Below the pieces are notes generated by a model that saw only the letters and a list, made by a program, of their open reading frames with translations, had not been told where the DNA came from and ran no database searches. Made by a program: the position numbers and the translations under genes. This document shows, one piece after another, positions 24,115-32,593 of a DNA stretch of 64,000 nucleotides; within the stretch, counting starts at the first letter, position 1, and each line of letters begins with the position of its first letter. This stretch comes from Thermoplasmatota archaeon (GTDB lineage: Archaea; Thermoplasmatota; Penumbrarchaeia; Penumbrarchaeales; Penumbrarchaeaceae): NCBI GenBank assembly GCA_965234725.1, contig CBDDUX010000003.1:64001-128000 (forward strand). The letters are read 5' to 3'.

Positions 24115-25272
24115 TCAATTTGAAGGGGAAAGAAGAAAATCCTTCCCCATCCTGTGAATACCAAATTCATCCTCTATCTTTTTGAATTCTTCAAGGAGCC
24201 TTGTCTTATCCCCGCTTGTAAGGTACCTATTGGCTAGGGGGAAGTAAAGGTCCTCCTCTCTTTTCAGGTGATCCTTAAGGATATTGAGGTATTTTTTTAG
24301 CGATCTCTTCAGCGCTGCATGTTTCATTATGGCTCCTATGGATTTTCCAATAATGGAGGTGACCCCGCCATTACAATCAGGACAGTTCCCTTTGAAAGCA
24401 TAATTCCCTGTCTCCAACTGGAAAATGGATGGTTCCACCATTACTACTTTATTCTGGCATTTAAGGCAAAATGCAGGATAATCATTCACATGCTTCAAAA
24501 TATTGTAATTTTCTGGAAGTTCCTGCGGGGAATCAAGACTCTCTTTGTAGCTGTTGAACCTGTCCTTCACCTCAGAAACGATCGTATCCAGCTTGTTATG
24601 TTCACTCTCCACCCATTGGGAGGATGATTCGGATAGGGCTTGATTCTCTTCCCCGTGGGCATTCATCAACCTTTCCATGAAAGCTACAGAGAACTCGTGT
24701 TCCTTGTCCTGGTGTACTTTAGTCTCAAGGACAAATATCCTTCCCCCCATCCAGTTTATGAGCTTACTAGGTGCCTCTTCATCCACACTGTCAAGCAGGT
24801 CTTCCAACTTGTCTGCTTGGAATCTTAAGATCCCATGTTCGTCCATTAGATGCTCTACAGGATCCTTCTCGGTCTTTTCGACCTCATCAGGCAGCTCAAG
24901 AAAATGATCGATAGCGGTCTTCATTCTGTCAGCTATGATATTGCTGTCATATGGTTTGGTAATGAGGTCATTCGCTCCCATCTCCATTGCATTCATTATA
25001 TCATACCTTCCACCCTTTTCCCCTGTTATGATTATATAACAATCCCTGTTCATGTGGAAATTGAGGTATCTTATCTTTGTTGCAAGTTCCAATCCATCCG
25101 TTCCTGGGAGGTTCCAGTCCAAAAATAGGATATTGATATCATCATCCTTTTCATATGCATCCAGGACATTTTGGGCTGAATCCAATACAATTGGTTCATG
25201 GTCCTGTCTCCTTAGTGTATTTATTAACATGGTCCTGTAAACCTCATTTCCATCGGCTACTATAACTTTCAT
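24115..25272 (-). CDS. Receiver domain plus hemerythrin-like domain with inserted Cys4 zinc ribbon, paralogue 2
   Basis: Colinear with paralogue 1 over its full length, with the same ligands and FCLKC...NCPDC. Confidence 0.8.
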   Translation of the reverse strand: MKVIVADGNEVYRTMLINTLRRQDHEPIVLDSAQNVLDAYEKDDDINILFLDWNLPGTDGLELATKIRYLNFHMNRDCYIIITGEKGGRYDIMNAMEMGANDLITKPYDSNIIADRMKTAIDHFLELPDEVEKTEKDPVEHLMDEHGILRFQADKLEDLLDSVDEEAPSKLINWMGGRIFVLETKVHQDKEHEFSVAFMERLMNAHGEENQALSESSSQWVESEHNKLDTIVSEVKDRFNSYKESLDSPQELPENYNILKHVNDYPAFCLKCQNKVVMVEPSIFQLETGNYAFKGNCPDCNGGVTSIIGKSIGAIMKHAALKRSLKKYLNILKDHLKREEDLYFPLANRYLTSGDKTRLLEEFKKIEDEFGIHRMGKDFLLSPSN

Positions 25273-25363
25273 ATTCCTGCCACCTTTAAATATAAAAATG
25301 AGGGGATTGCGTATATAAGTGAATGTATAGATAACCTACAACAAGTAGTATATCATTTCAATA

Positions 25364-27262
25364 TTAACCAACGAATTTCGGCCTTTTCGACAGCAAGATA
25401 GGCATACATAGGATATCGAAAGGAAGTCCTCTTTGTTTTGTTCTGAATTCGTCCCTTAGCTCTTCTTTTGTCATCTGGACCTGAGGCTTACCCGGTTCTC
25501 TCTTTCTTATTGTCAGGATGCCGGATTCCTTCTCCTTATCACCAATGACTGCAATATACGGGATCCATTCTTTTTCGGCATCCCTCATCTTTCTTCCCAC
25601 TGTCCTGTCCGTATCTTCAATATCTACCCTTACTCCAGAGAAATCCTCCACAAGGTCCAAGCAGGATTGAAGGTGTTCTTCGCTGACAGGGATCAATCTC
25701 AACTGTGTAGGAGAGAGCCAATAGGGAAGTTTCGTGGGTTCCCCCTTCAAAGAATCCAGATGCGCCTTTTCAAGAAGAGCATATATCTTTCTTTCAATGG
25801 CTCCGGAAGGAGAGAGATGGAGTATGTACGGATACTGATCCTTACCTTCCTGGTCAGTGTATGTTATTCCGTACCTTTCACCATTTTCCACATCTATCTG
25901 ATCAGTGGTAAGGGCCGAGCCTTTCCCCATTGCATCGATGAAATTGAACTCATACTTTAAGAGGAAGTAGAAGAACCTCTCCTTCCACATCTCAACAACC
26001 ACAGGGGTACCATAAGCCTTGACCATTTCCTTAACGAAATCCATGTTCTCCTCGTAGAAGTCCTTGGTGACCCTGATGGCCATCTGAAGCCCCTCCGGCA
26101 CCTTGAATCCCGTTTCTGAGAGGATCGATCTGGCAAGATGGAATCTAACCATCATCTCCTCCTTGGCCTGTTCCATTCCAGCACAGAATGCATGACAATC
26201 GGGCATAGTAAAGGCTCTAAGTCTTCTAAGACCGGCAAGCTCACCCCTCTGTTCCACTCTGAAGCTGTACCTCGTAAGTTCGTAAAGTCTGACAGGCATC
26301 TGTTTGTATGACATGGTGGCGTCATGGGCCATGAGGAACTGTCCGAAGCAGGCAGCGAACCTCAGGAAGACCTTCTTGTCAGGTGTATCTATGGTATATT
26401 GTCTTGCGGGGAATCTATGCATGTACGACTTCAGGGAGGGATGCTCAAAATCATACATTATGGGGGATTCTATCTCCATACCGCCATATTCCTTCACCCT
26501 TTTGGTCACATATCTCTCAAGCAGGGATTTCATGAGCCTCCCCTTGGGGTAGAACCTGAGATTTCCAGGGTCCGAACCCGGTTCGTAATCTGCCAATTCG
26601 AGCGCCCTCATGTATTTGACATGAGGTGGCTCCTCGGAAACCGCCCTTGATTTGGCTATCTCGTAATGGAGGAACCTCTCCAGGTCCTGATGACCTTTGA
26701 AGTCAAATCCCTCGATCTTACCTTCTTGGTCCCTTACCGGATGAAGTAATCCTTCGGTATCCAGGACGAACCATTCCGACCTGGCAGTTTCTTCACTTTT
26801 TAGTGCTTTGGAGACCTCTTCTTTCTTCTTTCTACCTTCAAGCCACGGTCTAATTTCCCTTGAAAGTTCTGATAATGGGTGGCCTTTACATGATATCTCA
26901 AAAGCCTTGTACCATCCAAATGGTGATCGGGTAACCTCGATCTCCTGACCGGAAAGCCGTTCTTCAAGCATTTTAAGGATCGAAATAGCATCAGTTGCTT
27001 TTGCCAGGTCTGATGATAGATGAGCGTAGGGATAGATCATTACCCTGCCTGTGTTGACCTTTGATAGCATATCTTCGATGGCTGATGCAGCTCCTTCGAT
27101 CACATCGTCAAGGAATTCACCATCCTTAGATTCGACGGTGCAGAAGGCGACAAGGCATTCTTCCATTCGTTGAAAATCCTTCAAACCTTCTTCAGCAAGA
27201 CCCTTTATTGCCTTTGTCACCTTGTATTCCATGTGGTCCGAATGGATAAGAAGCAGTTTCAT
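25364..27262 (-). CDS. thrS: Threonine-tRNA ligase, archaeal type
   Basis: MKLLLIHSD archaeal editing domain, YPYAHLSS, PFGWYKAF, CKGHPLSELSR, LRFAACFGQF, RAFTMPD. Confidence 0.95.
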   Translation of the reverse strand: MKLLLIHSDHMEYKVTKAIKGLAEEGLKDFQRMEECLVAFCTVESKDGEFLDDVIEGAASAIEDMLSKVNTGRVMIYPYAHLSSDLAKATDAISILKMLEERLSGQEIEVTRSPFGWYKAFEISCKGHPLSELSREIRPWLEGRKKKEEVSKALKSEETARSEWFVLDTEGLLHPVRDQEGKIEGFDFKGHQDLERFLHYEIAKSRAVSEEPPHVKYMRALELADYEPGSDPGNLRFYPKGRLMKSLLERYVTKRVKEYGGMEIESPIMYDFEHPSLKSYMHRFPARQYTIDTPDKKVFLRFAACFGQFLMAHDATMSYKQMPVRLYELTRYSFRVEQRGELAGLRRLRAFTMPDCHAFCAGMEQAKEEMMVRFHLARSILSETGFKVPEGLQMAIRVTKDFYEENMDFVKEMVKAYGTPVVVEMWKERFFYFLLKYEFNFIDAMGKGSALTTDQIDVENGERYGITYTDQEGKDQYPYILHLSPSGAIERKIYALLEKAHLDSLKGEPTKLPYWLSPTQLRLIPVSEEHLQSCLDLVEDFSGVRVDIEDTDRTVGRKMRDAEKEWIPYIAVIGDKEKESGILTIRKREPGKPQVQMTKEELRDEFRTKQRGLPFDILCMPILLSKRPKFVG

Positions 27263-27318
27263 GAAACTCCCCATAGCCCGTCAAGGTGAGGGATTACTTA
27301 ACGATATCGAATCCACAT

Positions 27319-29625
27319 TTAGAGTTTTAGAGGAAGGAACTCTTCGCAATAGCGTCTACTGATCTCTACCAGATACTCAGCTGGTACGATGTCCCCTGAG
27401 GAGAAACTTTTCTGGGCTTTTGTATACATTGTTAAAGGTTCGGTGATATCCATTCCCTGTTCTTTTCTCTTATAGATCTCGAACTTACATTCTGTAAGTT
27501 CAGTTTCCACCAACCCCTTTCTATCTTCTGGAAGGATAAGTCCTGAAAATTTATCAGTAAGGTTCCTGTAACTATCCATAGCTTTTCTGTATCTTCCCAG
27601 TTCTTCCATTTTCCGCAACAGGGGAATATATTTGTTCCTGATGTGGAATATTATTGGTTGATCACGGTGCCTGTCCATGACCGCCTCGAGAGAATCCCTG
27701 TGTATGGATGTGAACGTTTTCATGAAATCCTGATTCTCCCTGACCATCTTCCTCATGTCATGAACGATCTTATCCAACTGTTTGAGGCCTTCTGACCTGG
27801 CTTCTTCCTTGAGAAGGTTCTTCGCTTTCCTCACCCTCCGTTCGATATCCATTGTTCCAAGGTTCAGGTTCTTCATTCTCAGAAGAAGGATCCTTATCTC
27901 GATCATTCCATTGACGATCCTCCTTGACCTTTCGACACTGAGGGTCTTGGCCTTTGAACGGAGTTCTTTTAAAAGAACCGCTCCATCCTCTTTCACTTTT
28001 TCATGATCGCCTGATCCATAAGCTGTCTTTATTGATTCGAATGTGGATTGGAAGACCTCATGGTCCTCCAGTTCATTTGCATGGACCATCAGTCCTTCGA
28101 TCTCCTCGATCAGGGATTTGACCTCGATCTCATTCTTGACATGTTCAAGGGAGCTGAGCTCCTTTTCAAGATCTTCTCCGATCACAAGTACATCTTCGAA
28201 CCTTCCATTCTTGATATATCCTTTCAGGAAAGTTAGTTTCTTTTTTGCATCGGTAAGATCATGTTCACTCCCCTCGAGTCTTTTGACCCTGTTGGACAAT
28301 CTGATCTCGATCTCCTTTGCTTCGGAATAGGATTCTACTCTTCTCTTGACATCATCCAATGAACTTGTTATCTGTTCAAGCACCTTTCCAGCACTGGTAT
28401 TATCTCTCCTTTTTATCAACTGTTCAGCCGATTCAAGGATGGAGATGAGCTCATTGATGTCATCTTGGAGAATATTCTTCTCCATTAGTCTCTCGAGTTC
28501 ATGTTTGATATCTTTTGCCCTTTCCTTGATCATGATACTATCCGGTTCCGTTAGATCGATAATAACGTTCATTACTTTCTTTGAAAGCAGGTTTGCTTTC
28601 TCGTACTCATTGGTGAGAAATGCCTTCATAGCATTGTCAATGTCCTTCTTCAGATCATCAATTATTGAGGGGGTGTCGATCTTATCACTCTTTTCAAGGT
28701 CTTCAACCATCTCCTTGGCCTTGTAGAGAGTATTCTGTATGCGGTTCTCTAGGTCATCCTGTGCCTGGATCTTGATAGTTTTCAAACCTTCCAAGGCTAC
28801 CTGATGAGCTTTGTGGAACCTTTTTTCCTTGAAAAGCTCCATAGCTTCAAGACATCTATCTTTTACAGTATTGAACTCCTCTTGAGACAGATCCGCACTT
28901 TCTATGAGGGAGTTCAATTTCTCCAGTGAGTTCTTAGCCTTCTTCTGTAAAAGATCGATCCCTCCTGCCAGGTCGGGATCAAGTACCTTTGTCTCAGTAT
29001 CCTCAAAGGATATCTCAGGTATCTCCTTTTCGATCGGAGCTGAGATGCCGAGTCTTGACATGATGGGAGAGAACTCCTTCTTCATAAGATCAGAAAGGGA
29101 TCCCATTGACATTGCCATTTTGAAAAGGTCCATTGCGGCCTCCTCTTCACCCTTGTTGAGTTTGATCTCGATCAATTTCTTCAAGTTGATAAGTATGTTT
29201 TCCGCTTCACCGGCATAATGTCCCATCAGGTCCGCCTCAATATCGGGGTGGATGCCTCCTTCACTTACCTCATTGTAGGGAGATTCAGTCTGAAGGTAGA
29301 TATGGTCCTCAATAGAATCAAATCCTCCCCTCATGTCGTCATCTTCCAGATCTCCTCCATCCTCTACATCATCGTGGAAAAGTAGCTTTTCCATTTTTGA
29401 TCTCTCGATCTTTTCGATCCTATCAATGGAGTCCATGACCCCATCAACCCTTTCAGAGAAATCTGAGAAATGAGATTCAACTTCCTCCTCTAGTACACCG
29501 GTGCTTTCTATCTTCTTCATCAATGCATCAAGGAGGTCCTGCTCCTCATCATCCGTATCTTGGATGACCTCCATATCTTCCAAAGCATCTCCGGAAGGAC
29601 CTTTTTCCTTCTTTTCCCCTGACAA
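27319..29625 (-). CDS. Large helical/coiled-coil protein with acidic N-terminus
   Basis: 768 aa, E/K/L-rich, with repeated helical-hairpin-like units; no catalytic motif seen. Confidence 0.7.
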   Translation of the reverse strand: MSGEKKEKGPSGDALEDMEVIQDTDDEEQDLLDALMKKIESTGVLEEEVESHFSDFSERVDGVMDSIDRIEKIERSKMEKLLFHDDVEDGGDLEDDDMRGGFDSIEDHIYLQTESPYNEVSEGGIHPDIEADLMGHYAGEAENILINLKKLIEIKLNKGEEEAAMDLFKMAMSMGSLSDLMKKEFSPIMSRLGISAPIEKEIPEISFEDTETKVLDPDLAGGIDLLQKKAKNSLEKLNSLIESADLSQEEFNTVKDRCLEAMELFKEKRFHKAHQVALEGLKTIKIQAQDDLENRIQNTLYKAKEMVEDLEKSDKIDTPSIIDDLKKDIDNAMKAFLTNEYEKANLLSKKVMNVIIDLTEPDSIMIKERAKDIKHELERLMEKNILQDDINELISILESAEQLIKRRDNTSAGKVLEQITSSLDDVKRRVESYSEAKEIEIRLSNRVKRLEGSEHDLTDAKKKLTFLKGYIKNGRFEDVLVIGEDLEKELSSLEHVKNEIEVKSLIEEIEGLMVHANELEDHEVFQSTFESIKTAYGSGDHEKVKEDGAVLLKELRSKAKTLSVERSRRIVNGMIEIRILLLRMKNLNLGTMDIERRVRKAKNLLKEEARSEGLKQLDKIVHDMRKMVRENQDFMKTFTSIHRDSLEAVMDRHRDQPIIFHIRNKYIPLLRKMEELGRYRKAMDSYRNLTDKFSGLILPEDRKGLVETELTECKFEIYKRKEQGMDITEPLTMYTKAQKSFSSGDIVPAEYLVEISRRYCEEFLPLKL

Positions 29626-29744
29626 TTCATACCACCTACCGGGACGATCTCATTTCCGCACTTCCATTTGGTACTGTAACAATATAATCTTTTCCTTGAT
29701 AATAGTTGAATTGATATATGATTTAACATGGGATTATCATGGTC

Positions 29745-30368
29745 CTATTCGGGGTAGAGGTAGAGAGGAACATCAGACGACCTCATCGAACACATCTTCC
29801 TTTCCAATCTTCCTATCTCATTTCCGTCCTTGAAGACTGTAATAGTTCCACTGCTGGAGAGGACGACCGCGACAGTTCTTGTTCTTTTGGTGATGAACCT
29901 TGCCGCTCTCCATCTTGTTCCTGAGCCTTTTCCCTTTCTCCTTTCGAAATCAAACTCGATTTCACCACATTCAGGTCCTCTGACGTTGATCATCCTTCCC
30001 GCATAGTGGACGAAACCTCGCGAATCGAAGACCATTGCTCCATCCATCTGGGTAAAGGATTCAATTGTGGGGATCTGATCATGGTCTCCAATATTGATAT
30101 CTTTCCACCCTTTAAATGGATTGATTATCATCTGGGTGGAATTCCTTCTGATACCCTCGATATCCCCCACAAGATAAAGGGCTCCGACGGACCTTCCTTC
30201 ATACCCTTTTAGAGAAAGGCCCATAAGGATCTCCATCGCATTCCTCACAGTGGTACCTTTTGTCCCCTTCAGACATAGACCCTCCATTATTGCAGATAGA
30301 TCACCCTGAAGGCAGAGAAGATGTACATCATTGCCATCTTCCGAGTTCTCTCCTTTGAATGAAGACAT
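29745..30368 (-). CDS. Stand-alone diadenylate cyclase (DisA_N/DacZ-like) domain protein
   Basis: GALYLVGD, INPFKG, DGA motif, GTRWRAA (RHR variant), VVLSSSGTITVFKDG. Confidence 0.8.
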   Translation of the reverse strand: MSSFKGENSEDGNDVHLLCLQGDLSAIMEGLCLKGTKGTTVRNAMEILMGLSLKGYEGRSVGALYLVGDIEGIRRNSTQMIINPFKGWKDINIGDHDQIPTIESFTQMDGAMVFDSRGFVHYAGRMINVRGPECGEIEFDFERRKGKGSGTRWRAARFITKRTRTVAVVLSSSGTITVFKDGNEIGRLERKMCSMRSSDVPLYLYPE

Positions 30369-30399
30369 TGGATCCCACCGAAATTCTAATGGGAAGGAC

Positions 30400-30427
30400 C
30401 GGGGTCCGATCTCTTCACCGAACCCCG
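30400..30427 (-). other. Intercistronic RNA hairpin between the RHH and DAC genes
   Basis: Minus strand CGGGGTTCGGT-GAAGAG-ATCGGACCCCG, an 11-bp stem with two G-U pairs and no T-tract. Confidence 0.6.
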
Positions 30428-30434
30428 TATCACA

Positions 30435-30869
30435 TCAGACCTTGTTCTCTGTATCCCCTTCAAGGTCATCATTCTCATCCAGATCATCCAATATGGACTT
30501 TCCGGAAACGCGGGTGGTAAGCGGTACCGTGGAGGGAAACTCCCTCATGCCATCCAATCTGTTTGCAAAGGAAAGGGTCCGTTCCAGATCGTTCGACAGG
30601 TATGAATCGAAAGCTTTGTGGAACATCTGTTGAGGCTCGGTTATGGCCCCTATCCTTATCAATTGGGTCAGGACATGTGTTTCCATGAGGTTAAGATCTA
30701 TCCTCAAGGAACTGGGTGTTTTCTCGCTCTCCACTTCCCTGATATACTGGATCAGTGCTTTTCTGACGTAATGGCTGACCGAGACATCCGTATCATCGGA
30801 AAGGACCTGGATACGATGAAGGAGCTCCGGTTCGATCTTCACTGTCATCTTGCTGGTAAGTCGAGGCAT
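30435..30869 (-). CDS. Tandem ribbon-helix-helix (CopG/CdrS-like) regulator
   Basis: KMTVKIEPELLHRI...SVSHYVRKALIQYI, and a second unit LRIDLN...LIRIG...MFHKAFDSYL. Confidence 0.75.
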   Translation of the reverse strand: MPRLTSKMTVKIEPELLHRIQVLSDDTDVSVSHYVRKALIQYIREVESEKTPSSLRIDLNLMETHVLTQLIRIGAITEPQQMFHKAFDSYLSNDLERTLSFANRLDGMREFPSTVPLTTRVSGKSILDDLDENDDLEGDTENKV

Positions 30870-30955
30870 TGGCCCACCTTCCTGGTGCCTGTCAATGGGA
30901 TAGGACCTATCCTACCTCCCGCATGACATCCCTAAATCCCCCTTTGTCCAAAATG

Positions 30956-31049
30956 GTAAGACGAAGGTAAGACCAATAATGACGTATATATAAATATAAC
31001 TTTCGGATACCTCTCCCCTTTCAGATAAAAAGTCATACAAAGGTCATAC
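30956..31049. promoter_or_regulatory. TATA box flanked by two pairs of GTCWTAC boxes (candidate RHH operator)
   Basis: GTAAGAC at 30956 and 30967, GTCATAC at 31032 and 31043 (each pair 11 bp apart); TATATATAAATATA at 30985-30998. Confidence 0.55.
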
Positions 31050-31129
31050 TTATTATTAAATTAGAAATTAGCCTGTTATGATCTATGAAAAAATAATTTG
31101 GATGGAAATGACCCAAAGGATCCTTTCCA

Positions 31130-31675
31130 TCATCTCTTGATGAAAAGGTGGTACTTCTGAGAATTGTCCTCCATCTCCTGAATGATCCTCTGAGAGAGAT
31201 GCTTTTCAGGATGATGCAGGTGTGTTCTCGAGTCAAGGTCCTGGAAATCCTTGAAAGGTCCTTTCTTCCTTTCTTCAATGATATGCCACATGGTCTTCTT
31301 CCCCAAACCAGGGACCAGTTCCAGCATATGTAGCCTGGTGGATATGGCCTGTGCCTCATTGAAGAATCGGACGAACTTCTCCTCATCTTTGATTATTATC
31401 TCCTCGAGAATATAGGGAAGTTCGGATTGTGCAGCAGCTGTCAGATCTGTGTAGTTAACACGTCTTTTAACGTGCTGGACCTTGTCCCGTAGTTCCAGTT
31501 CCTTCCCAATATATACCTTCTCTCCGATCATTAGACCGGCATTGGGTTTGGGTGAAAGCTCTAATAATTTGAACTCGGTCTCACCCAGACCGAATGCAAG
31601 AGGTTCTCTTTTGAACGTCTTCCTTTCGGGATGACCCTGCGGCAGATAATCCAAGATATAGGCATAATCCTCCAT
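31130..31675 (-). CDS. DUF655 family putative RNA-binding protein
   Basis: EDYAYILDYLPQG, FKLLEL, RLHMLELVPGLGKK, GPFKDFQDL; conserved position after rpo4. Confidence 0.9.
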   Translation of the reverse strand: MEDYAYILDYLPQGHPERKTFKREPLAFGLGETEFKLLELSPKPNAGLMIGEKVYIGKELELRDKVQHVKRRVNYTDLTAAAQSELPYILEEIIIKDEEKFVRFFNEAQAISTRLHMLELVPGLGKKTMWHIIEERKKGPFKDFQDLDSRTHLHHPEKHLSQRIIQEMEDNSQKYHLFIKR

Positions 31676-31695
31676 AAGCCATCCCTCCTATTCGA

Positions 31696-32139
31696 TCATA
31701 TCCTGTACTTGTCAACGGTAGCTATGATCTTCTTCAGTTCTTCCGGTTCCAGGGTGAACCTGTCCTTGGCAAAAACAGGCCTAAGTTCGGTTTCGTCCCT
31801 GGGCATTATCTCTGCGATCTTGAATGCGTGGATATCAGATACCCTTTCAATATCGGTCAGTTCCTTCATCATCTCATTCGCTTTTTCCTTGTCAATATGT
31901 TTTGTTCCTGAAACATGGTCCATAGTGGCCCTCTTCTCGAAACTGAGCTTGGATAGGGGGTCCAATTCTCCTTCATCCTCAGCTACATCTACGGATTCAT
32001 CGACAAGGAATGTCCTCCTGTCGTTGGAATCCTCTTCGGGGCCATGGTAGATCTTATCAGGTTTCTCCATGGAATCCTTCAGGATCTCCTCCACTTCTGC
32101 ATGTGTCAGGAGTCTCTCATTCTCTTCCTCAGACGACAT
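31696..32139 (-). CDS. rpo4: RNA polymerase subunit Rpo4 (F) with acidic insertion
   Basis: LTHAEVEEIL...LSFEKRATMDH...AFKIAEIMPRDETELRPVF; lies between rpl21e and DUF655. Confidence 0.85.
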   Translation of the reverse strand: MSSEEENERLLTHAEVEEILKDSMEKPDKIYHGPEEDSNDRRTFLVDESVDVAEDEGELDPLSKLSFEKRATMDHVSGTKHIDKEKANEMMKELTDIERVSDIHAFKIAEIMPRDETELRPVFAKDRFTLEPEELKKIIATVDKYRI

Positions 32140-32280
32140 TTTTATCCACCATTTATCGTTGTTTTGAAGCATTTTTCCGGTTTGGAACAGGATCGGCTGT
32201 TGTATGCATATAGTTTATATTAAATACTTTTCTAAAACCCTGCGCCAGACTCTTGGACCTGTCTGCCCAATGAAAAGGGA

Positions 32281-32574
32281 TCATTTGATAGGCTTGAGGT
32301 GTTCGGGTCGAATTATTAGGTCCTTATGTGTCCTTTCAAGTTTGACCCTCACGATGTATGCTTCCCCTCTTTTATCGATTATCGTACCTACTTTCCCCTG
32401 GTATCTCCTGTGGGGGAGACCTTTCTGGCTGGAGGATTCGATCACAATATTGGCACTTTCACCTATCTGGAACTCCCTAAGGAACCTTGTAATAGGGGGC
32501 ATACCCCTGTTCCTGGGTTTTTTCCTAAATATCTGGCGGGTGCTTACCATTATTCCCTTCGACCTCTTTACCAT
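32281..32574 (-). CDS. rpl21e: 50S ribosomal protein eL21
   Basis: MVKRSKG...QKGLPHRRYQGKVG...IRPEHLKP; start corrected to 32574. Confidence 0.93.
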   Translation of the reverse strand: MVKRSKGIMVSTRQIFRKKPRNRGMPPITRFLREFQIGESANIVIESSSQKGLPHRRYQGKVGTIIDKRGEAYIVRVKLERTHKDLIIRPEHLKPIK

Positions 32575-32593
32575 GGGATTCAACCTCTTTCGG

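Noticed and set aside
32142-32150. DnaA-box-like TTATCCACC
   Set aside because: Single imperfect copy that is the reverse complement of the rpo4 RBS (GGTGGA); no origin-like cluster.
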